Source: a virus (lineage: Duplodnaviria > Heunggongvirae > Uroviricota > Caudoviricetes). Taken from it: a stretch of 19,880 nt of DNA. The stretch is from the IMG/VR virus record IMGVR_UViG_3300032516_000008, positions 93,092-112,971 of that record; one strand, given 5' to 3'. Positions 5,757-13,816 of this stretch are shown in pieces (position 1 is the first letter of the stretch; the number at the start of each line of letters is the position of its first letter). Below the pieces are notes generated by a model, which searched no databases, was not told where the DNA came from, and saw only the letters and a list, made by a program, of their open reading frames with translations. Made by a program: the position numbers and the translations under genes.

Positions 5757-6246
5757 ACAGACCAAGGTTATTGATTCTAGAGAATCAGGTGATCGTTTAC
5801 GTCGACGTCGTGTATGTGAACTTGGTCATAGATTTACTACTTACGAACGCATTGAAGAGGACTATATTATGATCAAGCAAGTAATTATCATGAGAACTGA
5901 CTTGAACATGAGGAAGGGCAAGATGATTGCTCAGGGCGCTCATGCTTCAATGAAAGTGTTTTTTGATAGGGTTGAGTATTTGGATGATAGGCCGATGATG
6001 AGTGTTACTGGGCAAATGAGAGAGTGGATGGAGGGTATATTCACTAAAATTTGTTTGCAAGTGAGTTCAGAAGCTGAGCTGTTAGAGATAAAGGCTAAGG
6101 CAGAATCCATGAGCTTGCCTGTAGCGCTGATTGAGGATTGTGGATTGACTGAGTTTAAGGGCGTGAAGACTATTACTTGTTTGGCTATTGGGCCTGATGA
6201 TTCAGAGAAGATTGATGAAGTTACTGGGCATTTGAAACTATTATGA
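5731..6246 (+). CDS. pth2: NrdR-type zinc ribbon (aa 1-42) fused in frame to peptidyl-tRNA hydrolase, Pth2 family (aa 47-171)
   Basis: N-terminus CPQC..TKVIDSR..RRRRVC..HRFTTYE matches the NrdR N-terminal pattern. C-terminus KQVIIMRTDL..KGKMIAQGAHAS..KICL..IEDCGLTEF..TCLAIGP..IDEVTGHLKLL matches Pth2. Confidence 0.88.
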   Translation: MLPCPQCHRQTKVIDSRESGDRLRRRRVCELGHRFTTYERIEEDYIMIKQVIIMRTDLNMRKGKMIAQGAHASMKVFFDRVEYLDDRPMMSVTGQMREWMEGIFTKICLQVSSEAELLEIKAKAESMSLPVALIEDCGLTEFKGVKTITCLAIGPDDSEKIDEVTGHLKLL

Positions 6247-6728
6247 CAACGTCAAGAATTAAAAGGTGTGATCATTGTAATTGCGTGTATACGTATCATC
6301 CAAGTACGTATGGGTTTATGCCGGAGTATAATGATCCTCATCATTGTTCTGAGTGTTTGAAAGTTATTGAAGCTGCGTTAAAGAATGTGCCTGTGAAGTT
6401 TAAGAAGAAATGGGTTGAGACTAGTGATTATACTAGAGAACAGATTATCGATGCACAAAATGTACGAATGAGTGATGGAAGTCCGACAATGTTGAATGCG
6501 CTTAGATTACCAGTAAGAAGGGTTATGCCTGGTTTGTTTTCGTTGGATGGGACGTCAAGTTCGCAAAATGTTTGCGAGATGATGTCAGATCCCGTGTCAA
6601 AGACTATGATTTATTATAGTGTTACATGGTGGCCAAAGAAACCCGATGAAGTTGAGATTAAAAAAGAAGTGTTTTGGGATGTTGAGAATAACGTTGTTGC
6701 AAAAAATCAAGAAGATTATAGAAATTGA
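6243..6728 (+). CDS. Hypothetical protein with CxxC pairs
   Basis: ORF track; ATGA overlap; CDHC and CSEC motifs. Confidence 0.75.
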   Translation: MTTSRIKRCDHCNCVYTYHPSTYGFMPEYNDPHHCSECLKVIEAALKNVPVKFKKKWVETSDYTREQIIDAQNVRMSDGSPTMLNALRLPVRRVMPGLFSLDGTSSSQNVCEMMSDPVSKTMIYYSVTWWPKKPDEVEIKKEVFWDVENNVVAKNQEDYRN

Positions 6729-6811
6729 GCTGGAGTGGTGGAATGGTATACACGCTGGACTCAAAATCCAGTGAGAGCAATCTCGTAAGAGTTCAAGTCT
6801 CTTCTCCAGCA
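6729..6811 (+). tRNA. tRNA-Leu (CAA)
   Basis: Acceptor gctggag/ctccagc, anticodon arm ctgga-ctCAAaa-tccag, long variable arm, A73. Confidence 0.95.
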
Positions 6812-6827
6812 TAAGTAAGGATAATAT

Positions 6828-7097
6828 ATGAGTTCAAGTGAAGCAGCTAGAAAAAGAGCTCAGAAGTTTAGCACTCTAGAAAGACGTGAGGCGTGGGGAA
6901 AGTTGTATAGTGATGATATTGTAGATGGTGACATTATTATGTTAGAAGAGCAGTTTTACCAATTTGAAGCGGGTACGGTAGGTCTTATCGAAATCATGTG
7001 GGATTCAAGAGTAAATAGCCCTGTTAGATCTGTTTTCTTTAGTGAAGATTTTGGTATTTGTGGACTTCCTCGAGTATGTTGGTCAAAAATAACGTAG
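6828..7097 (+). CDS. Hypothetical protein
   Basis: ORF track; SD aagga upstream. Confidence 0.7.
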   Translation: MSSSEAARKRAQKFSTLERREAWGKLYSDDIVDGDIIMLEEQFYQFEAGTVGLIEIMWDSRVNSPVRSVFFSEDFGICGLPRVCWSKIT

Positions 7098-7207
7098 GAC
7101 AATGTATGGATAATGACAAAGTGAAAGAAATGGTAGTTAAGGGTTTTGAAGCTACTCTTGATTACTGCAGTATGGTGAAAAAGAGATACTAGAATCGAGA
7201 AAGAAGC

Positions 7208-7387
7208 ATGTGGTTAGGAAAAAACACGTGCGCTTGTAAGTGTGGTTGGGTAGCTGATCCTGATCCGGCAGTTAGAGATGAAGTGATAGATGCTTGTCAA
7301 GATGAGATTCGCACTTGTAAGAAGTGTGGTACTAGATACCAACGAAAAAGCTATGGATGGATGCAAATAGATGAAGAAAAAGTATGA
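7208..7387 (+). CDS. Small zinc-ribbon-like protein (59 aa); may be the 3' part of a longer ORF from 7106 broken by TAG at 7190-7192
   Basis: Translated by hand: MWLGKNTCACKCGWV...CKKCGTRYQRKSYGWMQIDEEKV*. In frame with 7106..7192. Confidence 0.5.
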   Translation: MWLGKNTCACKCGWVADPDPAVRDEVIDACQDEIRTCKKCGTRYQRKSYGWMQIDEEKV

Positions 7388-7475
7388 AGATGTGATTGAA
7401 CGAGGTGCATATAGAGCTCAAAGAGCCGGTAAGCGATTTGGGTTTAAGATAACAAAAAATGGATTATTACGTTGA
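7371..7475 (+). CDS. Possible small basic protein (34 aa)
   Basis: Translated by hand: MKKKYEDVIERGAYRAQRAGKRFGFKITKNGLLR*. Overlaps the upstream stop. Confidence 0.3.
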   Translation: MKKKYEDVIERGAYRAQRAGKRFGFKITKNGLLR

Positions 7476-7564
7476 ACATATTAGCTATGATTGGTATTTT
7501 GGTGCTAGTATGTACAAGTAAGTTTTTTCAGGGATGGGGAGAGTCTTCCAAGAGGTTGAAGTAA

Positions 7565-8152
7565 GTGCCGCCGACATATTCAGAAATACGTAATGGCATA
7601 CCACTACAATGTAGTATTTGCGGAGAGACAAATGGTTCGTGTCGTCACTTGAATCATACAAGTAGTGCAGATACATCAAATACTGTTACGCCGTATCAAC
7701 AGCTTGCGATTGCAACTGATGGTTCTATTTGGTCATGGGGTGCGACCGCTCCTATATCTTTGACTTCATCACCACAACGACGAAATAGTAGATTGTATGA
7801 TTTGTTTCGAACTGAATATGGTCAATTAGATTACTCGTCATCATGGTTAGTAGCAAAGCAAAATTATATTGATTTGTTGAAAAGTCATGGTGTGAAACGA
7901 TATAAGATAATAGAAGACATTGGTTCAATAAAGATCAAGATTTTTCATTATTTGATCAACATTGACAAGATAAATAAGCATATACAGAATCATAGACCTA
8001 TGGGTGTTCAAGTTGATCTTAGTAAACAGACATTCTTTGAGTGGATTCGAATGATTTGGATGATTAGATATTTGAGATATCGTTATTTGAAGTATAAGCG
8101 AAATAATAGAGTCAGATTGACAAAGTTTGATTTAATGGTAGGTAAGATATGA
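7565..8152 (+). CDS. Hypothetical mosaic protein (N-terminal CxxC; one RCC1-repeat-like segment)
   Basis: ORF track; GTG start; CSICG motif. LAIATDGSIWSWG resembles one RCC1/BLIP-II repeat. Confidence 0.7.
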   Translation: MPPTYSEIRNGIPLQCSICGETNGSCRHLNHTSSADTSNTVTPYQQLAIATDGSIWSWGATAPISLTSSPQRRNSRLYDLFRTEYGQLDYSSSWLVAKQNYIDLLKSHGVKRYKIIEDIGSIKIKIFHYLINIDKINKHIQNHRPMGVQVDLSKQTFFEWIRMIWMIRYLRYRYLKYKRNNRVRLTKFDLMVGKI

Positions 8153-8245
8153 ATAGACAAATATTGATTAGGGAAGACGCTGTTAAAGCACTTGTTGAGT
8201 TTTCGGCTGTAGCTAATTAATAGGTGGAGTAATTCTTTAGCTAGT

Positions 8246-8491
8246 TTGTTTTTGATTTGTCCAGTTTGTAGTGTGGTTACTTTACTTTCTACAATGGTAC
8301 AAAAACAGCCGATTCGAAGTAGTTCATTAATGATTATTGGCGGGTTTGCAATATTGTCATTAGTTTTGTATGTTTGGGCTCGATGTAAGTATTCTCTTGA
8401 TCATTTTAGAAAAATAGAGAGTAAGAAATTTCAAGACATGTTGTATGAAGCTGAAGTCAATTGCGAGATTAATGACATGATACAGGAGTAA
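8246..8491 (+). CDS. Hypothetical membrane protein (start uncertain)
   Basis: ORF track (TTG start, no clear SD). May be a frameshifted continuation of the short ORF beginning at 8149. Confidence 0.5.
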   Translation: MFLICPVCSVVTLLSTMVQKQPIRSSSLMIIGGFAILSLVLYVWARCKYSLDHFRKIESKKFQDMLYEAEVNCEINDMIQE

Positions 8492-8724
8492 TGATGACAA
8501 AAGATCAGATGACTCTCATTAAAATGGCGGCACTTGTTAATATTAGTAAGCCTATTGCGAAGACACCTGAAGAATGGTGGGAGAAGAATCGTGATAGGTT
8601 TAGAGGAATGACTGAGTATGATCGTGACAAACGGTTAGAGTTAGTATTTGAAATTTGGGAAACAGTTAAAAGGAGTATAAGTATGTATGATTCCAAGAAA
8701 CTTCTAAAGATTGAGGATTTATGA
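8491..8724 (+). CDS. Hypothetical protein
   Basis: ORF track; SD caggag; TAATG overlap. Confidence 0.7.
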   Translation: MMTKDQMTLIKMAALVNISKPIAKTPEEWWEKNRDRFRGMTEYDRDKRLELVFEIWETVKRSISMYDSKKLLKIEDL

Positions 8725-9533
8725 ACGCAGTACTTGAAAAGCAGTTTAACGCTATTGGTGCTAGAGTCAAGATTTCGCAGCCTAATAGTAGCAGGTTTCG
8801 TGTGCCGCCGCCGATTACTATTGATGTACGGCGTGATGAAGAAGGCGAATTTTTTGATATTCAAGTCAAAAAAGAAATTGACTTATTGACACTAGATGTT
8901 CAGAAAAAAGATCGTCATCTTTTGCTGTTAGCTCGTGATCCTAACAATCCCAAAGCAAAATTCTTATGTGGTCATGATGAACGTCATTGGTTCACATGTG
9001 CTATTCCTGAAAAAGAGTCAGTGTCAACGGTAATTCAAGCAAAACAGGCTTTGAAGCCTGTTGAACTTCGTGAGTTAGAAGCACGAGAAGGTTTGAAAAC
9101 AAAGGACGCGCACAAACGTCATCGTAAGTTAGCTAGTGGTCGAAAGATTCATCGTCAAGGTGAATTCATGTTTATTCCTGATCCAGACTACAAGTCGTCC
9201 ATTATTTTGAAGAATGAGCCAATGACTGGTGGTGGTCGTAATATGCACTATGCTCAATTTTTGAGCCGGTTTGGTGGTCAAAGTGTATATGTCAATTCTA
9301 CTTATGCACCGAATGGTTTAGTGGAATCTGAATACAAACAGTTCATAAAAGACAATAGTCATGCCAAGAAAGTTTTGTGGCGCAGAATGCAACGAGATCC
9401 TGCTGTGCGTGTAAAGGGCAAGATAACGCACATTGAGCATTCGACAGTTGATCTTGGAAATGTATGGCATAAAGTAGTATTGAATACTGAGGCACAAGCA
9501 AAAGCTCGAAAGTCTGTAGCATTCTTAGACTGA
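8721..9533 (+). CDS. Hypothetical protein (270 aa; His-rich motifs CGHDERHW, HRQGE)
   Basis: ORF track; ATGA overlap; long intact ORF with motif-like segments, function not recognised. Confidence 0.85.
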   Translation: MNAVLEKQFNAIGARVKISQPNSSRFRVPPPITIDVRRDEEGEFFDIQVKKEIDLLTLDVQKKDRHLLLLARDPNNPKAKFLCGHDERHWFTCAIPEKESVSTVIQAKQALKPVELRELEAREGLKTKDAHKRHRKLASGRKIHRQGEFMFIPDPDYKSSIILKNEPMTGGGRNMHYAQFLSRFGGQSVYVNSTYAPNGLVESEYKQFIKDNSHAKKVLWRRMQRDPAVRVKGKITHIEHSTVDLGNVWHKVVLNTEAQAKARKSVAFLD

Positions 9534-9597
9534 GGATGAAATGATTAAAAACGAGTTAGTGTCTAAGCAAGAATTCAATTCGTGGACCTATAATGAA

Positions 9598-9794
9598 CAT
9601 GGCCGAGTGTTTGCTGTTGTGGAAGCAGGACCGCGCCGCAACTATAGGGTCGCCTGCCGAACTACAGGCAACTCCGCAAGTGACGCCATGCTTCCATCCC
9701 ATAGAGTGTAGGCAGGCATATCCTGGAATTATAATATGCCGAAAGTGTGGCGAAAAAGTTTGTTGAACACGGCGCACGTTGCTGAAGCGTTGTC
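9598..9794. other. GC-rich palindromic island with an attC-like imperfect hairpin (9667-9794)
   Basis: ggcaac (9667-9672)/gttgtc (9789-9794) ends. Arms gcaa-gtg-a-cgcc-a-tg and ca-c-ggcg-cac-g-ttgc pair with single bulges. A related half-site lies at 9598-9620. Confidence 0.35.
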
Positions 9795-9819
9795 AAAATT
9801 TGCTTTCGTGGAGGAATAA

Positions 9820-10053
9820 GTGATTAAGAAGTGCTGGATTACAAGTCATACTAGTAATACATGTTCATTAACTTTTGAATCTGAAAACGCATTGCTAGAG
9901 CATGAGAAATTATCAGTGTTTGAGCATTCATTTCCAAAAAATCCAACAGCTGCACATCCACTTCGACATACGATTTGTTTGGGACTGTTTACTACTGATG
10001 ATTTACTTATGATTAAAGACGTCATTGATTCAGCGCTTATAGGAAGAGGATGA
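9820..10053 (+). CDS. Hypothetical protein
   Basis: ORF track; GTG start after SD ggagga. Confidence 0.7.
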   Translation: MIKKCWITSHTSNTCSLTFESENALLEHEKLSVFEHSFPKNPTAAHPLRHTICLGLFTTDDLLMIKDVIDSALIGRG

Positions 10054-10054
10054 A

Positions 10055-10345
10055 ATGCCTCGCATTACAATTTGTCATGATTATGGACCTGAACATTGTT
10101 TGCAAGCTATAACTAGTATCTTATCAACACTAAATGCGAATTACGATCGAGTTGAAGAAGGTGAAGTTGTACATATCGACTATGATAAAGCGTTAGATAA
10201 AGTATTGACAAATGAGTCTGTTGTGAAACCATTACATACTGTAAAACTATCAGATGTCAATGCGTCATCTGACTATGAGCTTTTGTCTTTGACGCGACAC
10301 ATTGTCGATGAACAAGAACGAAGACTTAAACTGCAAGGAAAATGA
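10055..10345 (+). CDS. Hypothetical protein
   Basis: ORF track; SD gagga. Confidence 0.7.
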   Translation: MPRITICHDYGPEHCLQAITSILSTLNANYDRVEEGEVVHIDYDKALDKVLTNESVVKPLHTVKLSDVNASSDYELLSLTRHIVDEQERRLKLQGK

Positions 10346-10644
10346 TTATGGACACATCTTTTTTGCATCGACATCCGAAAATTGAAGAAACATGTGCGGC
10401 GCAGTTGCAAGGTCATGTTGTTGTAGATGCTAATGAATGGGAAAGTGCTCGATCAATATTGCAATCGTATGATCCAGTAAACGTGTCGTTGAAAATAACA
10501 GACGAATTGGTTAATGCGCAATTGAGTGCAGAAAGTATGGCTAATCGAAATGATTTTGCTGAAAAGTATCATAATGGTCGAGCAGATGGTTTCGTTGAAG
10601 CTCGAGATATAGTTGAATCAATACTATTGAGGAGTAAGTCATGA
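10342..10644 (+). CDS. Hypothetical protein
   Basis: ORF track; ATGA overlap. Confidence 0.7.
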   Translation: MIMDTSFLHRHPKIEETCAAQLQGHVVVDANEWESARSILQSYDPVNVSLKITDELVNAQLSAESMANRNDFAEKYHNGRADGFVEARDIVESILLRSKS

Positions 10645-11174
10645 TTATTCGACCACCTGAACGTCCAAGGATATCAAAAGATGACTTTGTAGTATTTCTT
10701 GCAGGACCAATTCAAGGCACATTTGATTGGCAATCACAAGCTATCGATTACTTGTCAAAACGGTTATTGAATAGTTTTAACTATTCAATAAGTGAAAGTA
10801 ATTTTCACATTGCTTCACCGCGAAGATTAACTATTGATACTGAATTTAGGACTAAGAAGTATAATGAACAAGTAGATTGGGAATGCTTCTGGTTGAACCG
10901 AGCAGCTGCTAATGGCGTAATTTTGTTTTGGTTAGCAAATGAAGATGAGCACGATTGTAAGCGCGCATTTGCTCAAACTACTAGATTTGAACTTAGTGAA
11001 TGGAAGTATAAGTACGAGCAAAACAAAACAGACATAGCTCTTGGTATTCACAAAGACTTTTCAGGTCGTAGATACATAGTATATAGATTCTTGAAAGATT
11101 GTCCAGAAGTTCCGATACATGACACTCTGGAACAAACATGCGATGATGCTTTTGGTTACTATTTGCCCTTTTGA
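10641..11174 (+). CDS. Nucleoside 2-deoxyribosyltransferase-like protein
   Basis: VFLAGPI..DWQ, EQVDWE, VILFWL and TTRFEL motifs are typical of the nucleoside 2-deoxyribosyltransferase-like family. Confidence 0.8.
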   Translation: MIIRPPERPRISKDDFVVFLAGPIQGTFDWQSQAIDYLSKRLLNSFNYSISESNFHIASPRRLTIDTEFRTKKYNEQVDWECFWLNRAAANGVILFWLANEDEHDCKRAFAQTTRFELSEWKYKYEQNKTDIALGIHKDFSGRRYIVYRFLKDCPEVPIHDTLEQTCDDAFGYYLPF

Positions 11175-11413
11175 ATCATTTGTTGATAAGAACAACAATT
11201 ACAGATTAAATGTATAAGTGTGGAAACACTACGATATTTAACGTGATTATTGTTTAAGGACACAAAAGGCAAATATCCAATGTCAAAGTATCTACCAAAA
11301 TGGTCATTTTCTATTACCCGTAGTAATACAGGTAATGTATGTGCAGTCGCCCATGATGCGACAATTAGAATGGGACAAACACCATAGCGAGGCTTTTTCA
11401 AATTCAATTTGTT

Positions 11414-11448
11414 AAAGCCTCGCCGATTAACTTCGACGAGGCTTTTTT
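11414..11448 (+). terminator. Intrinsic terminator-like hairpin (potentially bidirectional)
   Basis: aaagcctcg (11414-11422)/cgaggcttt (11437-11445), with the T run continuing to 11448. Confidence 0.6.
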
Positions 11449-11459
11449 ATTGAACAATC

Positions 11460-11533
11460 GCTGCAGTAGTCCAGTTGGCTAAGACGTTGCCCTCATAAGG
11501 CAAAGATCGGCAGTCCGACTCTGCCCTGCAGCA
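11460..11533 (+). tRNA. tRNA with CAT anticodon (Met family)
   Basis: Acceptor gctgcag/ctgcagc, anticodon arm ttgcc-ctCATaa-ggcaa, T arm ggcag-tccgact-ctgcc (TCC instead of TTC), A73. Confidence 0.85.
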
Positions 11534-11552
11534 CTTTCTATTGAGGTACAAG

Positions 11553-12152
11553 ATGACGTCTTTACAAACATTAGTATTAAACAGCTGGTCAACTCCAGTA
11601 TCACTGGTTAGTTCGAGGCGAGCTATTGTATTAGTAGCTTCTGAAAAGGCAGTTGCTATGGCCAACTACGAAAATACTTTAGTTCGGTCATCGAATACTG
11701 TTATCACTGACAAATTGGTTGCGAAATCTACTAGTAACTGGATTTCAATGCCTATTCCGTCAGTTATTCGATGTATACATTCTGAATACATACCCAAGAA
11801 GTATGTTAAGGTATTGCCATTCAGTCGACAGAATGTATACATTCGTGATGCCGGATGTTGCATGTATTGTGGTAAGAAAGTATCACTTTCAGGTTTTACT
11901 TTTGACCACGTAATACCGAGAAGTCGTGGTGGTAAAAGCTGCTGGGAAAATATCGTAGTTAGCTGTATTCGTTGTAATGGTCAAAAAGGTCACAAATCAA
12001 TCTCTGACTACAAGAGAGCTTTGATTCGACAGCCTTTTGCGCCAAAACTTGACAAAGCAGCTCCTGCACATTTGGTTAGCAGGTTGGCAGGTGAAATACC
12101 ACACGAAACGTGGGTGGATTACATCTACTGGAATGTGGTATTACAAGAATAA
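11553..12152 (+). CDS. HNH endonuclease
   Basis: RD...CMYCG...TFDHVIPRSRGG...WENIVVSCIRCNGQKG; N-terminal TLVLN. ATG at 11553 follows SD gaggt (ORF track 11541..12152). Confidence 0.92.
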   Translation: MTSLQTLVLNSWSTPVSLVSSRRAIVLVASEKAVAMANYENTLVRSSNTVITDKLVAKSTSNWISMPIPSVIRCIHSEYIPKKYVKVLPFSRQNVYIRDAGCCMYCGKKVSLSGFTFDHVIPRSRGGKSCWENIVVSCIRCNGQKGHKSISDYKRALIRQPFAPKLDKAAPAHLVSRLAGEIPHETWVDYIYWNVVLQE

Positions 12153-12153
12153 T

Positions 12154-12226
12154 GCCGGCGTACCTCAATTGGTAGAGGGCAAAATTTGTAATTTTGTTGT
12201 TCAGAGTTCGAGTCTCTGCACCGGCT
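12154..12226 (+). tRNA. tRNA-Thr (TGT)
   Basis: Acceptor gccggcg/caccggc (one mismatch), D arm cctc/gagg, anticodon arm caaaa-ttTGTaa-ttttg, T arm cagag-ttcgagt-ctctg. Confidence 0.88.
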
Positions 12227-12295
12227 TATTTAATGTCGTTGATGTTCAATCATATCTATTAGCTTTATAGTTCGATAAGAATTTAGGAGGTAGAT

Positions 12296-13183
12296 ATGAA
12301 TCATCAATGTGTCACTTGCGGTAAAGACTTTGATACTGGTCAAAAGCTTGGCGCACATATTGCGTTTGTGCATAAACGTGATCAAAAATTATTAAATGAG
12401 AGTCGGCCAAATGATATAGTTGAAGTAACTAAAATAACTAGATTATGCGAACGATGCAATAAACCATTCGAAGTAAAAAGATATATTAAGAGGAATGGTT
12501 CTTATAGAGATAAGCATAACCGTTTTTGTAGTAGAGGCTGTGCAAACGTACATGTTTTCACTGAAGAACAGAATAAAAGTAAAGGTAGAAAAAAAGAAAA
12601 AGTATTGTTTGATCATGAATGCGCTAATTGTAAAACATTATTTAAGTCTAAAAGAAAAAATCAAAAATGTTGTAATAGATCATGTGCGATGTCTTATAGA
12701 AACTGTTTGCCTCAAAATAGAGAAAAATGGTTAAGTATTTGCAGTAAGCCGACTTCACATAAGGCAATGCATGGTATAGTCGGCGTTAGAAAAGATGTTC
12801 ATCAAACAATTAAATTTAAGTCATCATGGGAAGCTGATTTTGCGCGTATATTGAATTATGAGAAATTAAATTGGCAATACGAACCAAAAACGTTCAAACT
12901 TAGTGACGGTCGACATTATACACCGGATTTTTATGTAAATGATATTTATATTGAAATCAAGAACTTTTTAACAACAAATGACAAAAATAGACATGAGGTT
13001 TTTTTACATGACTATCCAAACAAATTAGTACTAGTTTGTGGTTGTCATGTATTTTATGCAATTGTAATGCAGTATATTGATATTAATAGTATTAGGTTTG
13101 AATCTGAACGTAAAGCTAAAAGACAGAAAGATTGCGACTTTGAAACTGCAAAGTCTATATTAGAAAGATTGAAAAATGCCTGA
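12296..13183 (+). CDS. Putative free-standing homing endonuclease: C2H2 and Cys-rich zinc modules plus a C-terminal PD-(D/E)xK domain
   Basis: CVTC..F..LGAHIAFVH; two CxxC...CSRxC-type modules; FKSSWEADFA..WQYEPKTF..YTPDFYV..IYIEIK. SD aggaggt. Confidence 0.8.
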   Translation: MNHQCVTCGKDFDTGQKLGAHIAFVHKRDQKLLNESRPNDIVEVTKITRLCERCNKPFEVKRYIKRNGSYRDKHNRFCSRGCANVHVFTEEQNKSKGRKKEKVLFDHECANCKTLFKSKRKNQKCCNRSCAMSYRNCLPQNREKWLSICSKPTSHKAMHGIVGVRKDVHQTIKFKSSWEADFARILNYEKLNWQYEPKTFKLSDGRHYTPDFYVNDIYIEIKNFLTTNDKNRHEVFLHDYPNKLVLVCGCHVFYAIVMQYIDINSIRFESERKAKRQKDCDFETAKSILERLKNA

Positions 13184-13556
13184 AGAAATGATAGTCAATA
13201 GAAACAATGATGCATTTTTTCCTGGGCAAGTTCATACTGGACAGTTTCAAGCTGAATTAACGCAAAATGTGCAAAGCGATATTTTACGAGCGCTTCATGA
13301 CTGGTCAGATCGCATTAATGCGCCATTAATGGCAAGACGATACGATGAATTTTCAATGCCAAGAATTGAGTTTGAACATCGACCATTGTGGACAGATTCA
13401 TCAATTGTTTCAGTGCCAGCCAGCTTTCATCATGCAATCTTCAATCCCGTGTCAATGATTGGTTCTGAACTATCTGGTGTAGCGACGAAAATGAAGTATG
13501 ATGAAGAAAAAACAAAGCAAGACAAAAATGCAAAATTCTTGTTCATAGTAAATTAG
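13176..13556 (+). CDS. Hypothetical protein
   Basis: ORF track; its stop shares one base with tRNA-Ile. Confidence 0.7.
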   Translation: MPEEMIVNRNNDAFFPGQVHTGQFQAELTQNVQSDILRALHDWSDRINAPLMARRYDEFSMPRIEFEHRPLWTDSSIVSVPASFHHAIFNPVSMIGSELSGVATKMKYDEEKTKQDKNAKFLFIVN

Positions 13557-13631
13557 GGCGCGTAACTCAGTGGTCAGAGTGCGTCTCTGATAAGGACGAA
13601 GTCGCAAGTTCAACTCTTGCCGCGCCCACCA
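13556..13631 (+). tRNA. tRNA-Ile (GAT)
   Basis: Acceptor gggcgcg/cgcgccc, anticodon arm cgtct-ctGATaa-ggacg, T arm gcaag-ttcaact-cttgc, encoded CCA. Confidence 0.95.
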
Positions 13632-13650
13632 TTATCTGAAAGGTTCAATT

Positions 13651-13806
13651 GTGACGATATTCAAATACTTGAAAGACCAGCAACTATATGTGATTGCATA
13701 TGAATATCGACCTGTATGTGGTCGTAAAATCGCACAACCATATAATTGGCCAGGAAAATCTTTTGAGATAAAGTATCAGACTCAAGAACGAAAATTTGTA
13801 CAGTAG
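13651..13806 (+). CDS. Hypothetical protein (51 aa)
   Basis: Translated by hand from GTG at 13651 (SD gaaagg); fills the gap before thg1. Confidence 0.45.
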   Translation: MTIFKYLKDQQLYVIAYEYRPVCGRKIAQPYNWPGKSFEIKYQTQERKFVQ

Positions 13807-13816
13807 GAATAAGACC

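Noticed and set aside
7106-7387. In-frame TAG (7190-7192) between two short ORFs, with a similar case at 9709-9711, suggesting amber recoding
   Set aside because: All long genes are intact under the standard code, several TAGs end genes exactly where the next gene or tRNA starts, and no CTA-anticodon tRNA is in the window. A nonsense mutation or two separate genes is the simpler explanation.
11159-11407. Minus-strand 82-aa ORF in the gap after the deoxyribosyltransferase-like gene
   Set aside because: TTG start, weak SD, no recognisable motif, and opposite to every supported gene. It cannot be excluded, but it is not supportable.
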